From positions 1 to 6,931 of the forward strand of contig NW_021828946.1 in the NCBI RefSeq assembly GCF_006345805.1: a DNA stretch of 6,931 bases. Reading direction: 5' to 3'. Below, piece after piece: positions 1-6,931 of this stretch. Position 1 is the stretch's first letter; every line of letters starts with the position of its first letter. Below the pieces are notes generated by a model, which was given only the letters and a program-made list of their open reading frames with translations, was not told where the DNA came from and did not search any database. The translations under genes and the position numbers were made by a program. This DNA comes from Octopus sinensis. Taxonomy: Eukaryota.

Positions 1-221
1 TCTGAAATGTTTGTATTGAGCTTCTGGCTGTGAATGTCGAGCAGTGCAGCATGTCGTTTCCGAATTTCTGGCAAAGCGAATTGCGGTATGGTGCTGGTTT
101 TTCTCACAGACGGTGACCAACTGACCCTACTATACTATGTAGTCACCAAAATCAAAATCAAACAATGCGCTTGCGCGAAAGTAAAGATATAAAATGGCGA
201 CAATTTACCCATCTCATCCTG
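1..221 (-). mobile_element. 5' end of a Tc1/mariner-type DNA transposon (TIR, leader and transposase N-terminus), cut off by the window edge
   Basis: The minus strand reads TA|CAGGATGAGATGGGTAAATTGTCGCCATTTT from 223 downward: a TA target dinucleotide (222-223) followed by a CAGG(G/A)TG-type TIR start typical of IS630-Tc1-mariner elements. A stop-free frame 89->3 encodes IPQFALPEIRKRHAALLDIHSQKLNTNIS, resembling the first helices of a Tc1/mariner N-terminal HTH (kR..i..l...g.s...Is). The expected start codon reads ATA. The other TIR and the DDE domain are outside the window. Confidence 0.6.
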
Positions 222-352
222 TACATACATACATAAACTCTCATACATTTACATATGGATACGTACACATTCGCACACACATATCAGTGTGCGTGTGTAT
301 ACAGATATACATATGCATATATATATATATACATATACATATATATGTATGT
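222..352. repeat. Mixed (TA)n/(CA)n/(TACA)n low-complexity microsatellite
   Basis: Alternating purine-pyrimidine run directly abutting the putative TA target site. Confidence 0.85.
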
Positions 353-570
353 TCATGTTTAATACACGTATCCGAATTAAATGCTAACCGAATTAAAAGC
401 CAGTGAAGTGACTTCACAGAAATAACGGACAACTCTTTCTTTCCTTATTTCTAGAAAGATTTCTCGTCACTCGTTCAATCAGTCACGTGGTCAACCACAT
501 ACATTTACAAACAGTTTCATTATCATAACATACTCAACTGTTTCGACTCATTGCGTCTCTTAAGCCTATA

Positions 571-700
571 CAGACAGACAGACAGACATGTATATATACA
601 TACATACACACATGAGCATATATACATATATGTGTGCATGTATGTGTGTGTGCGTTTGTTTGCTTGTTTGTGTGTGTGTGTGCGTGTGCATGTGTGCGCG
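571..700. repeat. Compound microsatellite (CAGA)n-(TA/CA)n-(TG)n
   Basis: cagacagacagacagaca at 571-588, followed by TA/CA/TG dinucleotide runs up to the SINE 3' end. Confidence 0.85.
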
Positions 701-710
701 TCTATAGATA

Positions 711-1092
711 TTCTTTTACTAGTTTCAGTCATTTGACTGCGGCCATGCTGGAGCACCGCCTTTAGCCAAAGAAATCAGCCCCAGCATTTATTCTCTGTAA
801 GCCGAGTACTTATTCTATCGATCACTTTTGCTGAACCGCTAAGTTTTGGATACGTAAACACACTAACATCAGTTGTCAAGCGATGCTGGTGGGACAAACT
901 CACACGCACAAATATGTATGTGTGTGTGTGTGTGTGTGTGTGTATAAGACGGGCTTCTTTCAGTTTCCGTCTACCAAATCCACTCACAAGGCTTTGGTCG
1001 GCCCGAACCGATTGTAGAAGACAGTTGCCCACGGTGCCACGTAGTGGGATTGAACCCGGAACCATGTGGTTGGGAAGCAAGCTTCTTACCAC
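711..1092 (-). mobile_element. tRNA-derived SINE (octopus-type family), slightly 5'-truncated, with an internal microsatellite
   Basis: The minus strand begins GTGGTAAGAAGCTTGCTTCCCAACCACATGGTTCCGGGTTCAATCCCACT: the 3' half of a Pol III A box (GTGGTAAG) and a B box GGTTCAATCCC (+ strand 1046-1056) at tRNA-like spacing. A non-tRNA body follows (GGCACCGTGGGCAACTGTCTTCTAC...GGAAACTGAAAGAAGCCCGTC), then a (CA)n linker (~901-945), then a tail ending GGTGCTCCAGCATGGCCGCAGTCAAATGACTGAAACTAGTAAAAGAA. The tail recurs at 6426-6465 in this window. The sequence matches my recollection of a very abundant octopus SINE; I do not assign a family name. Confidence 0.88.
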
Positions 1093-1240
1093 GTGTATGT
1101 ATATGTATATATCATAGATATATACATATACACAGAGAAATACGAACTGTGATCTTAAGAGACATGTGATATGTGGAAACACGCGTAGCGATGCATCAAA
1201 TGCTTATAAACTCCACCCAAGGATTATTGTCATCATTACG

Positions 1241-1274
<34 letters not shown>

Positions 1275-1331
1275 ACACACACATACACACACATACACAC
1301 ACATACACACACTCACATATATATATATATA
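1241..1331. repeat. (CA)n with TA interruptions followed by (TA)n
   Basis: Directly visible dinucleotide run. Confidence 0.95.
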
Positions 1332-1464
1332 TGCACGCAGGCACGTGCGCGCGCACACAACGTAGGCGAAATCTTCTTGTATCCGATTCTCTGTCCTTCA
1401 CCTCCGTCCCCTCTTCTTTTTCTCCATGTCCATTCTGTCTGCGCGTGTGTATGTATAGATGTGT

Positions 1465-1467
<3 letters not shown>

Positions 1468-1509
<42 letters not shown>
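1468..1509. repeat. Perfect (GT)n microsatellite, about 21 units
   Basis: Directly visible. Confidence 0.95.
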
Positions 1510-1511
<2 letters not shown>

Positions 1512-1554
1512 CTTAAGTCATATGTTCGCTTTTTGCTTCGCTGATCTTTCATTA

Positions 1555-1642
1555 ACTCTTTCCTCTTCTTTCATTCACCCTCTCTCTCTCACTCACTCAT
1601 TCACTCTCTCGCTTCCTCTCTCTCTTTATCTAGCTATCTCTC

Positions 1643-1681
<39 letters not shown>
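1555..1681. repeat. Pyrimidine-rich (CT)n/(CACT)n tract
   Basis: Imperfect CT repeats ending in a perfect (CT)n run at about 1646-1678. Confidence 0.9.
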
Positions 1682-1683
<2 letters not shown>

Positions 1684-1740
1684 GTTTATGACTTTCTGCT
1701 TGTTGTCTATTTTGGGTTGCTTGCGTACGTGACTAGATTC

Positions 1741-1852
1741 ATGTGTGTACATGTATGCATGTATGTACGTATGTATGTACGTTTTGTATGTATGTGTGTG
1801 TGTATCCATGTATGTATATATATATGTGTGTGTGTGTGTGTGCGCGTGCGCG
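1741..1852. repeat. Compound (TATG)n/(TG)n/(TA)n/(GC)n microsatellite
   Basis: Directly visible. Confidence 0.9.
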
Positions 1853-1898
1853 TTTGTACAAGAAAAGAAGGCGACAAAATAATAAACGTTTCCCAATA

Positions 1899-2025
1899 TG
1901 AACTTCATTGTCTCACAGTTGTTTCTGCTAGAAGATACAGAGGGCTCGTCGCTGAGTACCGGAGTAACAACTTATAGCCATAAAGTGCTACTCTGGCAGA
2001 AACAGCTGTAAGTTCACTAAGTTCA
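1899..2025. repeat. Imperfect inverted repeat / long hairpin with GAAACA(G/A)CTGT motifs, probably PLE-terminus derived
   Basis: 1912-1932 (ctcacagttgtttctgctaga) pairs with 1992-2012 (tctggcagaaacagctgtaag): 18/21 Watson-Crick, 2 G-U and 1 mismatch. In the same register, 1899-1905 tgaactt pairs with 2019-2025 aagttca. Confidence 0.7.
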
Positions 2026-2160
2026 GAAGATAAACTTGTTTCATCCCTTTGTCATTTCATTTCCTTTTTACACCTCTCTACTCGACGATCACTTCATTCT
2101 CCAAACTCTACGATACTGAGTTCTACACCAGGTTATTCATCTCGCAATGGCTAAGCGAAA

Positions 2161-2184
2161 TGTGTGTGTGTGTGTGTGTGTGTG
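2161..2184. repeat. (TG)12 microsatellite
   Basis: Directly visible; followed by degenerate TA/CA repeats to about 2350. Confidence 0.95.
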
Positions 2185-2462
2185 CCCATATACGCATGCG
2201 TGCAAGTATGACAACCACATCGTGTGTGTAGATCTCTTATGTTTTAACTCGTCTATATACACACACATGTCTATAGTATTATGTACACACATATCTATAT
2301 ATTTGTATATACCCACATATCTATATTTGTGTGATGACACGTATGCGCATATTGAAGTTGTGGAACATCTCTACGTGTTTTCACATTATCGTTCACAGCT
2401 TGTTGTATTTTACTAATTAATTTTGTCCTGTGTCCTTTCTGCTTTTCTGAAACCTATCTTCT

Positions 2463-2809
2463 CACACTTGTCGAAGCAGTTCCCTGACTCACTGACTGAT
2501 TGACCCAGTAATCCATCCGCCTACATTCTGCACCCATTATTCCTGACAGGGTCGTGGGAGCAGGCTAACTCAGTTACATCCTCCATAGGGTCCTGTCAGA
2601 AGCAACAGTCATTACCCATTCCAGCAGGATTCCCAAGTGAGCCCTAAACATATTATGGTAACCGTTTCGTTCTTGGTCTACATTTATGGAATCAGTCTTG
2701 CAATTCTTTCCTGCGATATTCTTATTAATCGGAACTGGAGCCTTTAAATGCAAAGAGGAAGCCATCTTTTTGGTCCTACTCCCTGGCACCCCAGACTACG
2801 GATAATATT
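2463..2809 (+). pseudogene. Decayed GIY-YIG endonuclease domain of a Penelope-like element
   Basis: Colinear, frameshifted motifs on +: HTCRSSSLTH* (2463-2495; cf. PLE fTC.SsnlIYc), AYI (~2519-2527; cf. lYIG), FVLGLHLW (2666-2689; cf. lsV.GL..c), KCKEEAIF (2746-2769; cf. R..rE..lIf) and SLAPQTTDNI (2780-2809; cf. tL.P.GlN). Multiple stops and indels. By-eye match only. Confidence 0.55.
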
Positions 2810-2815
2810 TACTGC

Positions 2816-2817
<2 letters not shown>

Positions 2818-2881
<64 letters not shown>
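2818..2881. repeat. Perfect (CT)n, about 32 units
   Basis: Directly visible; begins just after the putative GIY-YIG C-terminus and leads into a C/T-rich tract reaching about 3220. Confidence 0.97.
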
Positions 2882-2884
<3 letters not shown>

Positions 2885-3400
2885 TTCTCTCCCCTGATTT
2901 CCCTATCTACCCCCTTTTCACTTTACTATTCTCTTTCTCCTTCTCTTGTTCTCGTGCACCCCCTCCTTTATCCCCTTTCTCCCTATGCATTTCTATCTTC
3001 CCCCTTTCTCCTTTTACTTTGCTTCTTTCTCTACCTCGGCCATTTCCTCTGCCCTTCACTGTTTTCTCTAAACCCTACCCCCACCCACTTATCGGTGCGA
3101 TTTGACCATCACACTTCTCTTCACAGCTTTCTTTTTCTGTTTGACCTCTGACCTGTTCGGTCATGCTTCTCTTGGGTTCTTGCTTTCACCTTTCCTTCTT
3201 TCCATGCCCTCCCCTTTCAAGTCCTAGAGGACATTATTTTCCATTACCATTATTCCTACAAAATGTCTTGTCCGAATGCTGTCTCAAAGCCGTACCGCCT
3301 TGATTTGGAGATTTAAGTTCGTTCCAGTTGCTTGTGTTTGTTTTCACCACCTGTCCTTTACGTGTGCTCCTTATTCCCCGCAGCTTCTTTTGCTGTCGAT

Positions 3401-3452
3401 GCCACCAGAATGAAGTGTTTTATCGTTGAAGGCCTAAAAAAACTGTCATGGC
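3401..3452 (+). ncRNA. Degenerate minimal hammerhead ribozyme remnant (upstream member of a tandem pair)
   Basis: Stem I gcca (3401-3404) / tggc (3449-3452); core cagaatga-ag (3406-3415) versus CUGAUGA-AG; aaaactgtc (3439-3447) versus GAAACUGUC. The core is mutated and stem II is poorly paired, so it is probably inactive. Confidence 0.35.
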
Positions 3453-3503
3453 TTTGTCAGTGAACAGGTCGCGGTCTCAAAGCGACGAAAATATTTTGAC
3501 AAA
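3453..3503 (+). ncRNA. Minimal type I hammerhead ribozyme variant (G3-C8 core, palindromic stem III)
   Basis: Stem I tttgtca (3453-3459) / tgacaaa (3497-3503), 7 bp perfect. Core gtgaaca (3460-3466) plus an extra g (3467). Stem II gtcgc (3468-3472) / gcgac (3482-3486), 5 bp perfect with a 9-nt loop. gaaa (3487-3490). Stem III is reduced to the palindrome AATATT (3490-3495); U16.1 = 3495 and H17 = U3496. Confidence 0.7.
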
Positions 3504-3584
3504 TTAAATTTAAATGTTGAAGTGAATCTAACGGTTTTGTGTGTTTCTTAAATGGCTTATAAACACCTTCCACGCTGCAATTGT

Positions 3585-3682
3585 TATATATATATATATA
3601 TATGAATGTATGTTTGCATGTGTGCATGTAGATACATCCACTCGAATGTGCGTGCGTGTCATTTCCATGACACGCACACACA
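3585..3682. repeat. (TA)n plus degenerate (TG)/(CA) microsatellite
   Basis: Directly visible; separates the hammerhead block from the RT-like block. Confidence 0.8.
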
Positions 3683-3720
3683 TCACCACAACATCGACAA
3701 CTACCATTCCATTCTCGCTA

Positions 3721-4600
3721 ATCCCCCCGCCTCCATTCATCTAAGATACTGTAAGCATCGTATCCTTTAAGCCATCTCCGTGAACCCTTTTACACTTTTT
3801 ACTCAGACTTCACTCCGAAACATGGTTCCCCTCTGCCCATATATTGGTTCCCAGCTCCCTAACAATTTCCTCTCCCACCAAATTTCAGGAAAAAAACCCC
3901 CTGTTGCTTTGGGTCAAATTGTCCCTCACCTTTTCCTTTAATTACTTCTGCTGCCGCTGCCGCTTTCCCAATTCTCGTCCTTCATCGAAGGCAATCGTCC
4001 ATGTTGTTCGATGCTCACAACTCTTCTCTTTCTCCCCCCTCTCTCTCTGTATATCTATATCTCTCTCCCCTCCCTCTCCCCTCTTGTATTCACGCAAGCG
4101 GTATAGAAACGGAAACTCTTGCTACCCGTTGCCACCTACCTCCTCAACCCCACCACATACTCACCTGACCGACACATTCCAAACCCCGCCGATCTCCTTT
4201 ACACCAATTTTATGAAACGATCAGCGTCTCTCCCCTCATCGGATCGTCCAATCATCATGACTCCCTACCATTCACCCTTTCCGTATACAACCCCGCCACC
4301 TCTCGGCCCCTTTTACACTTCGATTGGCCGATGCTCTGCTAGAAATCGCCACCAGTACGTGAGGTTCGTTCCCGATGCTGTTAGACGACTGACTGAAGGC
4401 ATTTCTTTGAAATATGCCCCTTTACATCCCACAAACAACCCAAATTCACCGCCAAAAGTCCTTAAGCAGTTCACTCATGGCTACTCTGCAACACTTCAAG
4501 CACAGAACACTAAATGCTCAGACAAAAAAATTCCCCCTCCAAGAATTTAGATGGTCTTTACCTATCAGCCTAACTCCTACAAGAACTCATCCGAACTGCG
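3721..4600 (+). pseudogene. Fossil reverse transcriptase (plus thumb) of a Penelope-like element
   Basis: Colinear motifs on +. In one frame: PPFI*DT (3730-3750; cf. PSYIkDT), TLLHFLLRLHSETWFPSAHILVPSSLT (3784-3864; cf. T.hFL..L....lP...iLvt.Dv.SLyT) and LLLWVKLSLTFSFNYF (3901-3948; cf. ll.l.lvLt.NyF). Then SGIETET (4097-4117; cf. G.aMGT). In ORF 4119-4550: RHIPN (4170-4184; position of RYIDD), NFMKR..PIIMTPYHS (cf. Fl..lN..hP.IkfT...S), VRRLTEGISLKYAPLHP (4380-4430; cf. vYRKpT....L.y.S.HP) and KCSD (4512-4523; cf. riCSd). NSY (4572-4580; cf. NGY) follows in that frame. The catalytic aspartates are absent and a CT-repeat insertion lies at about 4020-4085. Confidence 0.55.
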
Positions 4601-5544
4601 AGCGATGCCTCCGAACATCTTACAACCAACAAGCGATTCTTCCTCCCAAAAATACAGCCAATCTTTTTGTTTCTTTATTAATACCAACTTTGTACAATCC
4701 TTATTTCGTCCACTTCATTGTTATGAAAGTTCTGTGAGGAATGCCTTCGTGGAGGAAGCGTCCGGTTTCGCCACCCGCTTTACATCCAGTCACATTACAT
4801 GCTAAGCAAGTTTCCTCTATTCTAACGAATTGTATGATCTGAGGTAACAAATAACTTTCCCAAATTTTCATTACTTTTGTTAGCGGCAATTTAAACATTT
4901 AAACGTTACAAAATGTCGTAAAAGTTAAATAAACTAGAAAGCGGTACTAATGTGAGTTAGTCTGGTCTGGTCTCCTCAGTTGAATCATATTAAAAATCTT
5001 CTCTGAACAAGTACGCCAGAAAACAATCACCAGATTGTCTCTGTTAAATATAGGGGTAGATTTATCATGGCAGACTTGTTCATAGGAATTGATTAAAGAT
5101 TTTTTGTGCAGTGTAAATTTATAAAGAAGCCAACATTATTTTGCATCATTTGGTACGACGTCTTGTCTTTTGGAATGGCGAATAGCTTCAAGATTAGCGA
5201 CCAACGGAATCAAGGAGCTTCCGTTTCGAACAAATAAGGATTCTTTTTTTTCATTAGAAATTCGTTTTTCAAACATTGGTAACCAACATCGATTATTGTT
5301 GAAAGAACCAACGAAATCCTGACTTCGGATTTTTCTATTTTAAAACTCAATTTTTTGAAAGATTACTGTTCTTTACAGACCAATGGTGGATAAAGGCTAA
5401 AAGCGACGGCAGCAAGGTGAAAGGACTTGGCCAAATTCTATTCCTTTCTCTGTCTTGTATGATTTCTTCGTATGCGTGTGTACACACACACACATACACA
5501 CATGGATACAAGTAAGACGTTATGCAAATATATCTGGTGATGAA

Positions 5545-5623
5545 GAGAAATTGACAATCCTCATTCCATTATTTTAGAAATGAATTAGAAGTCAATATTT
5601 TGAATGAAGATTGTCAAATGCTC
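5545..5623. repeat. Inverted repeat / stem-loop
   Basis: ttgacaatcctcattc (5551-5566) and gaatgaagattgtcaa (5602-5617) are 15/16 complementary, extended by gag/ctc (5545-5547 / 5621-5623), around a 35-nt AT-rich loop. Confidence 0.75.
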
Positions 5624-5799
5624 ATTAAACCGAATCGATACGTTGTAATGTTTGTATGAACTCAACAGGCATCTGCTTCAGAAAAGAGGAAAAAAAGCGT
5701 TAGTCGAGTACAGGATGTAGAATATAAATTAACTGAAGGACAGTAACTGAAATTATGTAATGGATTTCATAGGCTTACAGATGTTTCTGCTATACATAC

Positions 5800-5819
5800 G
5801 TGTGTGTGTGTGTGTGTGT
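5800..5819. repeat. (GT)10 microsatellite
   Basis: Directly visible. Confidence 0.9.
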
Positions 5820-6337
5820 AGACACACATATCACACTTGGTACAAAGTCTTTATATGGTGTATGAGAAGTTTAACTCTTTCTGTTTCCCTCTCTCCGCTG
5901 CTGCATGTCAGGCTAAGACTTGAATGTGGTAGCAGCAGTCACAGAAAATTCCTAACCTAAACGAACATTTGTTGAGCAACATCGGTGGGGGAGGAGAAAA
6001 GAAGCAAATAAGTAAATAAATAAAACTCGCTAATTACGGTGTTATTTGTGAAGTAAGAGTCTTATTCGTTGTGTATCAGAAGAGAATCTCACACACTCAC
6101 CGTTGTTCTTCACACACTCACATAAAGACGTGCGCGTGAGTGTAAAGAAGAGCTTAGCGCGGATGTAAGTGGCCGTTCTACAGATTCCTAGGCTACATAA
6201 TATTTTAAGCTTATTCCTAACAAACGGTGTTGTTGTTTGGATATTATATTCTACATTATTTAGAAAATCTTTCGCACCGCTCACTCTCTCTCTGTGTCTC
6301 TCTCCATTTTTGTGTTTGTCATGTGTCTGTGTGTACG

Positions 6338-6385
<48 letters not shown>

Positions 6386-6487
6386 TATATATATATATCG
6401 TATACACAGACATATATATATATCTGGTGCTCCAGTATGACCGCAATCAAATTACTGAAACAAGTGAAACTAAAAGAAAATAGACAC

Positions 6488-6521
<34 letters not shown>

Positions 6522-6561
6522 TATATATATATATTAATATATATATATTATATATATATAT
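6338..6561. repeat. Long (TA)n array interrupted by a SINE tail
   Basis: TA runs at about 6338-6423 and 6490-6561 flank the 6426-6480 insert. Confidence 0.92.
6426..6480 (+). mobile_element. Tail-only fragment of the same SINE family as 711-1092 (or of its partner LINE)
   Basis: 6426-6465 ggtgctccagtatgaccgcaatcaaattactgaaacaagt matches the reverse complement of 718-757 at 35/40 positions, followed by the A-rich end gaaactaaaagaaaa. The ORF track echoes this (MLQHGRSQMTETSKR vs VLQYDRNQITETSETKRK). Confidence 0.85.
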
Positions 6562-6680
6562 CACAATCAAGGAACGGCCATAATAGGCCATTCCCCACTA
6601 GAATAACAGCCAAAGCTTCAACCGCAAAATAACATTAATTCCGCAAACCAGGAGAAAATTAAAAAAACATTTACCTTGTA

Positions 6681-6773
6681 ATATATATATATACATATAT
6701 ATATAAACATAGATAGATAGAAACGAATGTATATATACATATACATAGATAAATATGTAAATACACACACACA
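6681..6773. repeat. Compound (TA)n/(TAGA)n/(CA)n microsatellite
   Basis: Directly visible. Confidence 0.85.
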
Positions 6774-6870
6774 CTATTCGCACCCATAAAAATCCACCTT
6801 TCATCTAGAAACAACACCTATGGGTACCCTCCTCCCTAAAACACTTAAATTGTCTCTCTTACTCCCCCAT

Positions 6871-6931
6871 ATCTATTCGTCTATCCATTCATCTATCTAT
6901 CTGTCTCTCTCTGTCTCTCTCTCTCTCTCTC
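6871..6931. repeat. (TCTA)n/(CT)n microsatellite running off the window edge
   Basis: Directly visible. Confidence 0.85.

Larger units (their letters stand above)
2420..3503 (+). mobile_element. 3' portion / pseudo-LTR of a Penelope-like retroelement (endonuclease remnant, pyrimidine-rich 3' UTR, tandem hammerheads)
   Basis: The order GIY-YIG C-terminus -> C/T-rich UTR -> minimal type I hammerhead motifs is the established layout of PLE 3' ends. Boundaries are approximate and no target-site duplication was seen. Confidence 0.55.

Noticed and set aside
403-417. Palindrome gtgaagt-g-acttcac followed by agaaa
   Set aside because: Only 7-bp arms with no hammerhead core or stem I; compatible with chance.
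1030-1092. Possible tRNA gene on the minus strand
   Set aside because: A B box is present but there is no acceptor stem or full cloverleaf, and it continues into a SINE body; it is a SINE head.
194-2416. Numerous 60-172 aa ORFs on both strands (HTHT, VCVC, IYIY, SLSL-rich)
   Set aside because: These are translations of dinucleotide microsatellites and SINE sequence, which lack stop codons by composition; no domain signal.
4759-4790. Minus-strand ctggatgta...gcgaaaccggac resembling a PLE hammerhead end (GAAACCGGTC)
   Set aside because: The core has an insertion and a substitution, U16.1 is absent, and there is no convincing stem I or II. At best an unprovable relic.
4900-5450. Non-repetitive AT-rich stretch considered as a host exon or transposase remnant
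   Set aside because: No ORF of 60 aa or more in the track and no motif I could recognise. A short exon cannot be excluded without RNA-seq.
5709-5717. tacaggatg matching the start of the putative TIR at 215-223
   Set aside because: Only 9 nt match, similarity does not extend, and the orientation faces away from the left element.
5760-6804. ORFs 5760-5960, 6042-6446, 6169-6483, 6382-6591 and 6598-6804
   Set aside because: Largely microsatellite-derived low-complexity translations with no recognisable protein family.
1-6931. CRISPR array or prokaryotic operon/defence system
   Set aside because: No regularly spaced direct repeats with unique spacers and no gene-dense coding structure; the sequence is eukaryotic repeat-rich DNA.

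Overview
AT-rich, microsatellite-saturated eukaryotic non-coding DNA. The repeat landscape and the SINE family suggest an octopus or other coleoid cephalopod; this is from recall, not a search. I see no intact host gene, and almost all ORF-track entries are translations of (CA/TG/TA/CT)n repeats. The recognisable content is transposon debris. (1) The 5' end of a Tc1/mariner-type element runs off the left edge (1-221, minus). (2) A near-complete tRNA-derived SINE lies at 711-1092 (minus), with an inverted tail-only copy at 6426-6480. (3) A decayed Penelope-like retroelement (PLE) region on + has a GIY-YIG remnant (~2463-2809), a pyrimidine-rich 3' region, two tandem minimal hammerhead-ribozyme motifs (3401-3503) and then a fossil PLE reverse transcriptase (~3721-4600). 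The most notable signal is the 3453-3503 hammerhead fold: its stems are perfect and its core is GUGAACA, i.e. the C3-G8 pair is swapped to G3-C8. All protein-family calls are by-eye motif matches and need HMM confirmation.
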